DNA of 64,000 nucleotides, taken from Dendrobates tinctorius (taxonomy: Eukaryota). Shown piece by piece: positions 49,257 to 62,119 of this stretch (its first letter is position 1; each line of letters opens with the position of its first letter). A program made the translations under genes and the position numbers. The stretch covers positions 17,050,001 to 17,114,000 of the forward strand of contig NW_027361747.1 of the NCBI RefSeq assembly GCF_039654945.1. Direction: 5' to 3'. The notes under the pieces are model-generated. The model worked only from the letters and a program-made list of their open reading frames with translations, was not told where the DNA came from and did not search any database.

Positions 49257-51805
49257 TTAAATCCCCAATGTGAAAAAAATTAGAAATTCAACCTGCGATT
49301 TTTTTTGCTTCAAGAGTGCAACTGCTGCCTGAATATCAAAACTGCATTGAACAGTCTCATTTGTAAGAGAAAATGAAGGTCCTTCTTCAGAAATTCTTGA
49401 CAGATCTTCAAGATGTATATCTGTTAGTCGACTTCGTTTCTTTGACTTGATCCTGTTTTGTGTAGAAAATCCACGTTCACAGCTTGCCGTCGATAATGGA
49501 AGAGTAAGTGCGATTGAAGCAAGAGCCGAAAATTCAGGATAAATTGCCATATCATCGATTTTGTAGGAAATAATAAACTGACAAAAGTCAACCATTTTCA
49601 GGCGGCCTCTGTACCTTTAAGGCTGTGTGCACACGCTGCGGATTTTGCTGCGGTGTACAGTACCATGATTCCCTATGGGAATCAAAAACCGCAATGCAGA
49701 CGGTGCGGAATTTTCCGCGCGGATTATCTGCGGTTTTCAATCCGCAGAAAGAATTGACATGTCAGTTCTTTCTGCGGATTCCGCTGCGGTTTGCCATCTC
49801 CTCCATTGAGGAGATGAAAAACCACAGAGCAATCCGCACCTGCGGATTTTACAAAATCCGCACCTAATCCGCAGCGTGTGCACACAGTCTTAAGGAGGTC
49901 TGAGACTTCTAGCCATTCTTTCTGTAAACCTGACTCATTTGGAAGTTTGCACTGATAGGTGGAAACTTCAGATTCTGGCACACAAAACTTGTGAACAATG
50001 TTTTCAAATGACTCATCCTTTAAAAGGACTTGAGGAAGACACGTTGGATTTAAAATCTGATCTAGATCTGTTAAAATGGACAATTCTGTGAAACTGAAAC
50101 GCTCGCTCAAATTATGCAATAAATTGTTCAGAAACTTTTCCTTTACAGTTTGAAACTCGGTTTGAGATGTACTGCGAACATTAATTTTTATGTCTCTGTA
50201 ATAGCATTCACTTGCAGACATTTCAGATAAAGCTGTAAGATGCTTTCCTGAGGTCGCTTTCATTTTTTCTAGTAAAGCAGTTTCAGAAGTCAGTTCGTTA
50301 AGTAAAATAGAAAAGTTGATATCTTCAGACTGGAATACTCTGCAGGCTCTATTGATTAGTTCAAGAACATCTCTAAGTAAACAAAGAATGGTAATGAAGC
50401 CATATTCTGAGCATGCTTTAAGTAATCCAGGAGCTCTTTCACCTACACTGCGCTTCTTTGTGGCCACAAAATCTGTAAGAACTAAAATTACTGCATCAAA
50501 GCTTTCATGTAAAGCGTCAACAGCCCTGCCAAGAGAAAGCCATCTCACTGTGTGAATCTCCTTAAGAGAGATTTGATCGTGTTCTAACACTTCCTGCATT
50601 TTTCGCAGGCTTTCATGCCGTATCGTAGAGCTGTTAAAATACGAATCCAGTGTTCCAATGAGATGCTGTTCATTTATCATCTGAGGGATGCCTTCAGATG
50701 CCTGTGATATTGCTAGAGCCAACCGATGAGCAATGCAATGAAAATGTAACATTACTGGAAACATTGCTTGCAGCCTTTTCCCTACTCCACTGTGCCTAGC
50801 CATCATCACGGCTGCACCATCAGTAGCAAGGCCAATGACTTGACTAACAGACACACCTTTTTTCTCCAAAAAGTCTTTCAAAACATTAACAATGGCTTCG
50901 GCTGAACATTCTCCAGTGACCTCTACATTGGCCCAAAAGTGTGTCTGTGGCAAAGTGTCATTAATTGTTCTAACATAAAGTATCATTTTATGATGCACTG
51001 CAACATCTGTGGATTCATCAATCAGCAAGGAAATACATGGACTTTTCTTCACTTCATTATCTATGTCAGAAGCAAGTATTTCAGACATTACTGACTGCAC
51101 CTCAGAAAGCATCTGATGGTGAAGGCAAATGTGCTTTTCTTTGATATCATTATTCCCTAGTGATTTCATTATCATCATAGGTTTAAATCTTGATTGAGGC
51201 ATTTCTTCTTTTGCCATTGTGTAAAGTGTTTTGAACACAGCTATTTCTCCAGCAGTGGCTTCATTGCTGGGTACCAGAAATGGTTTAGCTAAAGGTTTTT
51301 TTGGTTAAGAGAGGACAAAGATGTTCTATGTTCCATTGTCTCTTCATGGCGCAGAAATGTTGAACGCTGCAAGTTAACAGCACCACTTGTGGCCATGATT
51401 ATTTTCATTTTTGCTGCCCTACAGTCACGACAGAAAGCACGGTAAGTTTTTTCCATCGTATTCGAGCCAAACAAATTCACGCAGCCACTTGTGTAAGAAC
51501 TTTTTATGCAACTTATTTTTTTTGTTTGAGGGTGGATGAGTAGTGCCATCATTACTTATTGCCTCTGAAAGACTTGGTATGTTAGGGTCACTATCATTAA
51601 TACTACTGCAGCCGGGATTGTCCTCAGCCTGAATAGCAAATGACTCAAGTTCAACATCGTTCTGTATGGAGTGAGCACAGTACTCAGTATGAGGGCTATG
51701 TTCTGTCTCCTCCTGACTATTTTCAGTATTTGCAATTATCTTGGACGTGCTGCTCTTGCTAAAATAGTTCAACAAGCTCACTTGCTTTCGTTTACCAGAC
51801 TCCAT
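49257..51805 (-). pseudogene. hAT transposase (ZNF862-like), frameshifted and MITE-interrupted
   Basis: MESGKRKQ start; zinc-finger-like W..FCRDC..HE..EH; LLIDESTD, ATDGAAVM, HCIAHRLAL, TVRWLS, STASCERGFS. Confidence 0.9.
49621..49889. mobile_element. Palindromic MITE (Harbinger-like) inside the transposase gene
   Basis: TIR GGCTGTGTGCACACGCTGCGGATT; TTAA/TWA flanks. Confidence 0.85.
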
Positions 51806-52505
51806 CGCTAATCTAGACAAAAAAAGGGAGAATGCAAAAATGCTATCAGGATTTCTCTAACATAACTATGCCCAACACCCCACTATGCGTATACTGCACC
51901 CCCATCTCCATAATAGTGCTGACCACCGTACGAGTGACACCCACGTCACATGCCGCCATTAACGCACAGCCAGCAAGCCCTGCCCCCGGCTGCCATTGGC
52001 CGCGGAGAGGCCGACTGATGCTACACACGCGCGCCGCGATGACGTCAGTCACGCAGGTCACGTGTCCGTACGGCCGCTGCTGCACGCTACCACCCGCTGA
52101 GAGACAAGCACAGAGGGTGCGCCGCGATGACGTGAGTCGCTCCGCAACATCTGATACTGCCCTTTCCCCATCTCCGTCCAACTCGCTGCCACTGTAGCTT
52201 AGAACGATGCGTCCCTTGGACGTATCATACTAATCTGAAGGCGTTTTTTCGCTTGCCTGTGCGTCATAGACGCCCAGACAGGCGTTAATGCGACCTCTGG
52301 CTGGTGCATCGCTAAGTGTAACGGTACCCTTACAGTTTGGTTATGCAATTAAGCAGGAAGAATTTACAGAATGTTTACATAGAGATTAGTGACTCTAGGG
52401 ATCTGCAGAGACTTGGCTCGCTTAAGGCCCCATTACACATAACAGCGTCCCAGCGATCCCACCAATGATCCGACATAGATGGGATCGCTGGGACATCGTT
52501 AGACA

Positions 52506-55421
52506 CAGGGCTGTGGAGTCGGTAAGCCACAGTTGCGACTCCGACTCCTGGATTTTATCAGGCTCCGACTCCTTCATAAATGGCCAATTCATAACAACAA
52601 ATTTACTGTTGTAAAATATTAAACATCGTGCTTATTCAGTTTCTCACCATCATATAAGTAATCAGACCACTTAGAGCAAAAACTACATTTATTAGAATAC
52701 AATTAGAATATAGCAAATAACTTTTATAAACTTTTCTAAACTGTAAGTAAATATGCAATAAACACTTTTATGCAGTTAATAAGAAGAAATCTATAAATTT
52801 GTCCTCAGAAAAAGTATTGCCTCTGTCAGATCCTCCTTCATGGATGCCCTCAAATCTGATCTAATTATTTTGAGAGCAGAGAACAACCTCTCTACACTAA
52901 CTTGTGTTGGTGACAAAGCAGTAACCACTCGGGCAACATCTGACAATGTCAGGATACAGAGGAATCGCTTGTTGCACTGTTATTTTTGATGAACGGTCAA
53001 ATTTCTCAATTTCTTTTAGTGCACATGAAAAATTCTGCTGAAATGTACTGGCTGTGTTCCTTGATGGGGATGACTCTTCTATGCGGGAACGCTTTGCACG
53101 GTCCTTGTGATCCAAATATTTTTCGAAATTAAATTCTTCATCAGTTGATGATGAGGGTGAAGATGTGGCAGGACGACCAAATTCTTCTTGTTCCTCCTGA
53201 CTGTTCTGCAACCCTTTCATCCTTACTGCTATTTCAAACAGAGCTTATTTTCCTTTACTTAGCTGTTGATCATCTAGAAGAATCCGATGCATTGGGTCTA
53301 CATAAACAGCTGCCAAAAGAATGTTATTTTGTAATAGTAGCTCCTCTCTCTGTTTCATTGATGTAGCAATGCCACTTGCAATTAACCCTCCTCTTTGGGA
53401 CAGGCGAAACATCAGGTTCTTCCACTCCTTTAAGAAAATACCTGGAGTTAAGTCCTCTGCTTGTAATTTTTTAGTCACTGTAAATGGGTGCTCTAACAAT
53501 TTTTCCAGCTCAGTCACCTGATTCCACTGACTTTCATTTAGCGTCAGTTGAGGGTTAGCCATGTCTACAAGAAAGGTTTTCAGTTCAACCATGCGCTGAA
53601 TCATTAAGTACTGCCCCATCGTGTGGCTTGATCAATAATTGCCCCTTTTCCAGCACGTCTCTTCAAAATCGAGTCAACTTTAGGGGTTCTGGCAACAGTA
53701 GCCAATTTTCTCACCTTGCCAATCAGTGCAGCAGCATGTCCTTCTTGCAGACTGTCTCTTATAGCCAGCTGTAGCGTATGCACAACACAGCACATGTGAT
53801 GAATGAAAGAACATATTGACACAGTTTCAACAAGATCATCTAAACTATCATGTTGCTGTTCATCTGAAGCAACTTCAGTTTGCTCCTCAGTTACAATACT
53901 GTGTTCCTCTATTTCAAACATTTCTGTGTCTGTGGACCCAGAATGTTCTTCTAGCTGCTGGTCACCATCATTACTCTCATTCATTAGCTTAATAGTACTT
54001 ATCATATTTGAAGCATTGTCAGTTACGACAGAAAGAACTTGCTCTTTTTTAAGTTCATAGTCTTGCAGAACCTTTTCCACCAAGACCTGGAGAAACTCAC
54101 TGGTGTGATGAGCTTTGGTGTCTTTTACTGCCAATGTCTTGGTAACTATTTCATTTTTGTCACAAACAAATCGGACATTGATGGCAAAATAGTTCACTCT
54201 GTGACGTGTGCAGGCATCCATTTTAAGAAACAGAAAGCGTCCCTTGAGAGTTTTTTTAAGTTCTTCCTTTTGTTTAAAAGCTTCTTCGATTACTAATTTT
54301 CTAATACTCTCTCTCTCCAGAGAAACACCAAGCTTGCGGGCCATTTCCCCATTCAGACACACAAAAGCTGGTCGGGCCATTTCCCCATTCAGACACATAA
54401 AAGCTGGTCGTGAAAATAATGCAATAGGCACACTATCCTTTACAACAAGCTCTATGATCTGTTTTTTAAATGTAACTACTGTCATTGTCACAGTAACTTT
54501 GTCACTGACAAAATATCTTGCAACTGATGGCTGCAAAGTTCTCTGCTCCTTTGTTTGGCTGGAAGAGCTGGGCACTGGTTCATTGGTTTGGATGCAGTCT
54601 TTCTCATCCACTGCTTTCAGTACTTCTGGATGAAAGCGCTGTAAATGTCTCTTTAGATTAGAAGCTCTGGTAGGAGCATTTTTATCTTTGCCTGAATATG
54701 CACTCATCTTGGCTTCACAGCATTTGTTTTCGTCTGGATCATTTGTCATACACTGACAGACATAATGTTTTCTATCTTGAGTGATGGTGAAATGTTCAAA
54801 TACAGCTGATTTAATGTGATGCTTCTTTGACATTCTCAGGTTTTTAATTCTGCATTCACAATCCAAATGACAATTGTTTTTCCTAAAAACAATTGTACAA
54901 AATTATTGCCAGGTCGTACAACTGATATAGTGGTCAGTAATACTGTTATTATTCCTCATGTACTCACAGTTAACTGATGCAAAGTTTGTTGAAAGGATAA
55001 TACTTCTTACAGTCTTCCTCTTCTGAGTAGCAGGCAGCTGTGAGATGCTTGGATGACGCACACCTACTATGATCTAGTCTAGAGGAGGAGCTTTACTACT
55101 AAGAATTTGCAACACATTTTCACTTTCAGTTTCATACATTGTAAGTAGGGGGGTTGGGGCAGCATGAGGTTAACCAAGTATAAGATTAGATAAGGGCAGT
55201 GGAGAACAGTGACACACAAGAAGTAAGAAATGTCTATCTCCAGCAGAACTGCTTATCACTGTTGTTCATAGTTTGATAGAACACATATATTTGAGTAACA
55301 TTTATAAAATTCATATGAAAGTTCAATTATGAAATATTAATACATTTTTTAAAAAGCTGGAGTCTGAGTCGGTACATTTCTACCGACTCCAACCAAAACT
55401 GACTCCGACTCCACAGCCCTG
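52506..55421 (-). mobile_element. Full-length hAT transposon with BED-finger (ZBED-like) transposase
   Basis: TIR CAGGGCTGTGGAGTCGG...CCGACTCCACAGCCCTG; imperfect 8-bp TSD gttagaca/gttataaa. Confidence 0.93.
52790..54833 (-). pseudogene. hAT transposase with three frameshifts; first ~410 codons open
   Basis: BED finger (VFEHF..CQC..C..NLKRHLQRFH); MDACTR, VTDNASNM, CVVHTLQL, TRWGST, TQVSVERLFS. Confidence 0.9.
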
Positions 55422-56563
55422 GTTATAAAGACACACCAGCGATCAGGACCAGCGAGCAAGCTGGTTTCCAATGTAAACAGCGGGTATCTAAGAGCCGCGC
55501 GGCTCCTAGATACCCGCTGTTTACATTGGATTCCAGCGTGCAGCATCGCTGATCGATGCTCTCCTGCTGCCACACGCAGCCATGCGTGCTGGCCAGCGGG
55601 AGACCAACGATCAAAAAACGGCCCAGGACGATCCATCACGATCAGCGATACCCGGCAGGGGGGGCGGTCGCTGATACGTGTCACACACAGCGATGTCGTT
55701 GTTGCATCACAAAACTGGAAAGTCCTCCTTTCATACAAAATAAGTTCTGGAGGCTCATTTACATATTAAGAAAAACGTTGATTTTTTTGGAATAAGATAT
55801 CGGATCAGATATCAAGGCATCAATTTATCCTATGATCTAAAAGCCCATATAGACGGCTGACTGTTGTTCCTACTGACAGATGCCCTTTAAGGCTGTCATT
55901 TCTTCTTCCATTTACAGGTAAAATATGTAAAGAAAAATAATTTATGGTCTAAACATTTTTTGGGACATTAAAGAAAATCTAGCAGGAACATTTTTTTTAT
56001 AACTAGTCAACATTAAAAATTAAACCAAAGTAGCAGATAAAAGGTGGGAATTTAGACACTCAGATTTCTTTATCAGTATAAACATTTCTCTATTTTTCTT
56101 CCCAGAATAAAAGCACAATACAGCAAAAAATGTAATAAAATAAATCTAAATTCATAATAAAAAATTGTCTTTAACCTAGTGAGAAGGTGGGTATGTCAGC
56201 ATGCCAGAGCATGAAGCATGGGCTGATGTAGTATCAGGAGAACACTTTACTAGTGAGTCATCCTGGCAAACCCACAACCCCACTCATTTATGATTGGAAG
56301 GAACAACCAAAACTGCAGGGTAAAGCACACAAAACATTCTTGTCTTCTGGATTCATTTTACATAGCATTGGACCATATGCATTAATGCACATGCTTTGTT
56401 TATAAGGGGAAAATCATTAATAAAAGAGCACAAAACTTTGGTTGTACACACCAGAGATAGATTAATCCTAAACATTTTCAACATTAGGATGGAGCTCTAT
56501 GGGGTTCAAATGAACAAATCACTCCCGACAAATTAGATTTTCTGTATATGTGGCACGTCTATG

Positions 56564-56862
56564 TCAGGGATGGCAAACTCAAACGCGCAGAGGGACAAAA
56601 TTAAAAACTCGTAGAAGTTGCCAGCCAACCAGTATACAGTATAATGGGGTCACATACAGTCCTCCATACAGAACAACGGGCCCCACAAAGTCCTACAAAC
56701 AGTATAATGGCCCCTCTGTCCTCCTTATAGTATAATGGGTCACACAAAGTCCTCCTTACAGAATAAGGGCCCCCACATAGGGGTCTTGGTTCTGGTATCA
56801 CAGGTCAAATTTATCACCCTGTGGGCCAGATTCGGCTCACGGACCAGAGTTTGACATGCATG
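56564..56862. mobile_element. Old hAT (Charlie-like) MITE
   Basis: cagggatggcaaactc ... gagtttgacatgcatg termini. Confidence 0.55.
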
Positions 56863-57790
56863 TTGTATGTGAAATAGCATTAAAAGGGAATGGTCGCTTC
56901 AATAAACTTTTCAAAAGGCAATAGTACATGTGAAAAAGTAACTAATGTCGGATCGGAGAATTCTGCTTCCTTCCCCACTAATTAGATTGACTGCCAAGCA
57001 CAGTGATGTGACAGGGTATACCTCTTAATATACTCTGTGTAAAGAGTCAGGAACAATGTGAAGAAACAGGCAGAGGGAGAGACAGAGATGGTGCTCAGCT
57101 TTCTAACAATTTTTTTTAAACCTCAGAGAAGGATTCACATAGACACAGCTCAATAACACGGTATAATTTCCTCCATACTTCTACTCTGTGTGATGACTAA
57201 GAAGTGAAGAGCAGGAGTCCATCTCATGGGCAACAACTCTCTCAACAGCTCAGAGTTGCAAATTGAGACGTACAGTTACCCTTTAGGTTATGTGCACACA
57301 GTAAACGCTTCTCATAATAAGCAATTTGGAAAGTCACAAAACAATAACACATAAACCAGCCCTTACAGACAGCATCTCATAAGATAACTCTCAATAGTCT
57401 CAGATTCCTTACACATTATATGAATGTAGACAATTGTTTGGCTCGCTAACCCTGCCCATCCCTGACAACAGTGACAGGTCAGGTGTCACAGAACAACTAG
57501 TCACCAGGAAGGCAATAAAAATGAAGATATTTTGCTGAGTAGTTTTAAAGACCTTATCCTGGATAATATGTACACATGCACTCGAATTGTCACTGCACCT
57601 GTGCAGCTGGGGCACAGATACACATCCACCATTTTAATAGCAAATTACGCTGTATGGGGCTCCGTCATTGATGAGGTATTTTGGTTTTATACAGTGATGA
57701 CATGAATATGCCATCGCTTCAAGAGAATCTGTCAGCATGATCTAGCAATGTAAAGTAGAGGCTCGGCCACAATGGCTCTGCTACCTTTAA

Positions 57791-58568
57791 AGGGAACCTG
57801 TCACGTCCTTTTTAACATGTAATCTGCCCCCAGTGTGTTGTCAGGGACGCAATGTGCATCACTAACGCCTTTCTTCATTAATAACGGCGGTGTAATCGTG
57901 TGGAAAAAAAAGCACTTTATATAGATTGTACCTGCTCATTTAGTCATAGGGGTGTGCTTCATTTTATTCAGTCATGCATGTTGCCGCCCGTGCAATTTGA
58001 ATGATGTTCCCGGGGTGGCGCCAACGTCACTCAAATCCGCTTTGAAAAATCCTGCTTTTGTGCAGTGTATGGCAGAGCCCCGCCTGCGCAGTGTATGGCA
58101 GAGCCCCGCCTGCGCAGTGTATGGCAGAGCCCCGCCTGCGCAGTGTATGGCAGAGCCCCGCCTGCGCAGTGTCGGGGAGCTGCACACGCGTTCTGACGAG
58201 CAGCTCCGGCCGCATAGTCAGTGAAGCTGGGACCTTAGTCATAGAAGTCATTCTATGACTAAGAGCTGTTGCCAGAAACGCGTCAACTTTAACATGTCAC
58301 CTGTTCTGGTTCGTGATTTTGTAGACTTCTAATAAAGACTAAGACTTAAGCTATCTCCATTTGGGAGTGCTGAATTTCTACCTTTCTGCTTGAATGAAGC
58401 ACACCCCTGTGACTAAATGAGCAGGTACAATCTAACTATATAAAGTGCTTTTTGCACGTGATTACAGCACAGTTTTTAATGAAAAAAAACACGTCGGTGA
58501 TGCACATTGTATCACTATCAACGCACTGAGCACAATTCACATGCTACAAAGGACATGATCTGTTCCCT
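57791..58568. mobile_element. T2/Kolobok-type MITE containing a 26-bp x4 repeat (58062-58172) and a Penelope-like insert (~58234-58392)
   Basis: TTAA-AGGGAACCTGTCA start; long inverted arms (ttgtacctgctcatttagtca / tgactaaatgagcaggtacaa). Confidence 0.75.
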
Positions 58569-60704
58569 TTATGAAGAATTCCACATTGCGGTTGTTCTTT
58601 AATCCACATTTGAAATTTTGGTGGAATAAGCTTTAAGTGTATAAGGGCAGGACTGGGTGTGGAGTCTACGGCTCTGCCCTGGCCCCTCTGCCAGCTTCTG
58701 GTGTCTGTACGACAGATCACTGCCTTGTGAGTGACCTGCCTCCTGAGGGCAGCACTAGAACAAAAAAAGTGGTGCCGTGGCAGCGCATGCACAGATTGGG
58801 AGGACTGCTGGGAGGTCAATATGGGAGGAACCTGGAGCACCAAGTGGAAACCCACGCAAAAATGTGAGGAACATAAGTTTCTATGCAGATGTTGTTCCTT
58901 GATGGAATTTGAACTCGGGACCCCTGAACTACAGAGGGTGTTAATCACTAGGTCAGGTTGTCAAGACTGAATGTACTGACTTATTAGCTGTATTCATAAT
59001 ATGATGATATAATATCAGGATCATGCTACCATCCTTACATGATATACAGAGTAAGCACAACAGGCTCATTAGGTCTATTTAATAACGTATACGGTTTAAA
59101 TTTGCAGGAACTGGTGACAGACCGGCTTTAATTCTTATCAGACACTTTTTTCACTCACATGAATATTTGAAAAAATACCAAAACTATTTACTTCTAAATT
59201 TGGTTACATCTGACCTGCATACCTCGGGTAACCAAGATGCCAGAGTTCCAAAACAGGTTTCTAGTTCACCATAAAGTGATAAAACAACCAAATAATCACT
59301 GTAGAGGCCAGTGATTGACTGCAGCGGTGAGGTGGCCAGATGGGCACATCAATAATGCAGCAGGAGATTAAAAAAAGAGTAAATACTTTGTTAGTATCAC
59401 AACTGCCCAAATATTTTATGACCTTTATATAAAAAAAACAAAAAAACAAAAAAAAACATTTCCGTAAATTAAACAGGGCTGAGTGTAACCGGAACCAAGG
59501 GAGTAAAAGCCTCCACCGGAGTAACCTTGAAACTTGCAAAAAATACATTGGGTCAAATTGAAAACTGGCCATGCACATTAGATAAAAGCCGGCCAATTAC
59601 AGCAGAATCAGAAGCACTGGCTATGTTGGGACAAATTTGCAATACATGGCATAATTCTGACTATTGGGGGCCAGATTTATTCCATGCCTTCTATTGGGGA
59701 GCAAATATCTGCTTACTGGTTCCCATAAAAAGTGCAGTGACCTGATGGGATGGAGCAGGCTCCGATTTACAGAGGGGTAAACTCTTCAGACATACGCCAC
59801 CTCTCCACTTCCTTCAGGACCCTTCAACCCCTTCACAGCCGGATGTGTACCCTTTCATGATAGTAAAAGAAACAAAGGTGACTGTCAGGCACAAAAGGAA
59901 ATGGAGCAGCAAATAATATTAAGGCAGAAAAGAGACAGGTATAAATCAGTCATGTCATCAGTGGCAGTGCAGAATTTGGCTTTCATAAAGTTTATAGACA
60001 TGCTCAGATGCGGATTACCTACGTTTTGATGCGTGCAGGAAATGCTCTAAAAACGCAAGTGCATATTTTACCTGTGGAAATTCCGCACCTAATGCAAGTA
60101 TATGGGGAAATTCAGCGTACCCGTAACAGACGTTGCAAATCTGAAACGCGCACAGGTGAGTTTACGATGCGTTTAAAAGTAACAGAGGGCATGAGATTTC
60201 TGTAAATCCCCTCCGCTTTGCCGGATTTCAACTGGATCCATTTTTCCATTTTGCATTTAAGTCTATGGAAAACAGATCTGTTAATTAGCCATTGTGCTTC
60301 CATTTGATATGGATCCGTTTTTTATTTACTGGATATGTTTCATAAAGTTAATTACTTGTATGCTCACATCCAGTAAATATTCACTTTTCCACCTCCAGTA
60401 AGCAAAAGAACAGATCCTTTTCAAATGGGAGAAAAACTGATGGCTAATTAACCGATCCATTTTCCACAGACTTCAATGTTGAAAAAACAAATCCAATGGA
60501 GATCAAATTTTTTCAGGTGGACAAAAAAAGTTGTCAGCACAACTGTTTTGGGAATAAAATAGGCCGACTACTAAAATATATAATAAATTGGGTACAGGAG
60601 TACAATGCAGGCTGTGCTGTAAATGTTTTCATAAGAATTTGGGAGAGTTATGAAATGTCCTATAAATGTCTGTTCTGTTCCTGATCTAAGGATCTGGGCT
60701 TTTA

Positions 60705-62115
60705 GTTGAGATGAATCTGTGCTGCACTTTATGTACATGCTTAGTAACCAGTGCTGTGGAGTCATAGATGAGATAAATCTGTGCTGCACTTTATGTACAG
60801 GCTCAGGAGTGACCAGTGCTGTGGAGTCATAGATGAGATAAATCTGTGCTGCACTTTATCTACTTGCTCAGTAGTGACCAGTGGTGTGGGGTCAGAGGTG
60901 AGATGAATCTGTGCTGCACTTTATGCACATGCTCAGTAGTGACCAGTGCTGTGGAGTCAGAGGTGAGATGAATCTTTGCTGCACTTTATGTACATGCTCA
61001 GTAGTGACCAGTGCTGTGAAGTCATAGATGAGATGAATCTGTGCTGCACTTTATGTACAGGCTCAGTAGTGACCAGTGCTGTGGAGTCATAGTTGAGATG
61101 AATCTGTGCTGCACTTTATGTACAGGCTCAGTAGTGACCAGTGCTGTGGAGGCATAGATGAGATAAATCTGTGCTGCACTTTATGTCCATGCTCAGTAGT
61201 GACCAGTGGTGTGGGGTCATAGATGAGATGAATCTGTGCTGCGCTTTATGTACATGCTCAGTAGTGACCGTTGCTGGCGAGTCGTAGATGAGATGAATCT
61301 GTGCTGCATTTTATGTACATGCTTAGTATTGACCAGTGCTGTGGAGTCGTAGGGGGAAATGAATCTGTGCTGCACTTTATGTACATGCTCAGTAGTGACC
61401 AGTGCTGGCGAGTCGTAGATGAGATGAATCTTTGCTGCATTTATGCACATTGCTCAGTAGTGACCATTGCTGTGGAGTCGTAGATGAGATGAATCTGTGC
61501 TGCACTTTATGTACATGCTCAGTAGTGACCAGTGTTGTGGAGTCGTAGATGAGATGAATCTGTGCTGCACTTTATGTACATGCTTAGTAGTGACCAGTGC
61601 TGTGGAGTCAGAGGTGAGATGAATCTGTGCTGCATTTTATGTACATGCTCAGTAGTGACCGTTGCTGGAGAGTCGTAGATAAGATGAATCTGTGCTGCAT
61701 TTTATGTACATGCTCAGTAGTGACCAGTGCTGTGGAGTCGTAGGGGCGAATGAATCTTTGCTGCATTTATGCCCATTGCTCAGTAGTGACCATTGCTGTG
61801 GAGTCGTAGATGAGAAGCATCTGTGCTGCACTTTATGCACATTGCTCAGTAGTGACCGTTGCTGTGGAGTCGTAGATGAGATGAATCTGTGCTGCATTTT
61901 ATGTACATGCTTCGTATTAACCAGTGCTGTGGAGTCGTAGGGGGGAATGAATCTGTGCTGCACTTTATGTCCATGCTCAGTAGTGACCAGTGCTGTGGAG
62001 TCGTAGATAAGATGAATCTGTGCTGCCCTTTATGTACATTCTCAGTAGTGACCGATGCTGTGGAGTTGTAGTTGAGGTGAATCTGTGCTGCACTTTATGT
62101 ACAGGCTCAATAGTA
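60705..62115. repeat. 65-bp minisatellite, ~21-22 copies
   Basis: gaatctgtgctgcactttatgtacatgctcagtagtgaccagtgctgtggagtcgtagatgagat; aatct marker at 60841, 60906, 60971 and 61036. Confidence 0.97.
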
Positions 62116-62119
62116 AGGC

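Larger units (their letters stand above)
48864..52299 (-). mobile_element. Full-length hAT transposon (Tip100/ZNF862-like transposase)
   Basis: TIR CAGAGGTCGC...GCGACCTCTG; perfect 8-bp TSD GCTGGTGC. Confidence 0.93.
48490..52329. mobile_element. Harbinger-type MITE split by a hAT insertion
   Basis: 48490-48863 and 52300-52329 rejoin to match the intact copy at 62999-63382. Confidence 0.88.
52425..55718. mobile_element. Harbinger-type MITE relative in reverse orientation, split by the second hAT
   Basis: ggccccattacacat start; AGCGAT-rich sequence resumes at 55422. Confidence 0.7.

Noticed and set aside
49724-51238. Domesticated ZNF862-like host gene (504-aa ORF)
   Set aside because: Bounded by TIRs and a perfect 8-bp TSD, frameshifted, and the ORF's last ~55 codons are MITE sequence
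60705-62115. CRISPR-like regular array
   Set aside because: Units are contiguous near-identical tandem copies with no unique spacers; the context is eukaryotic and there are no cas genes
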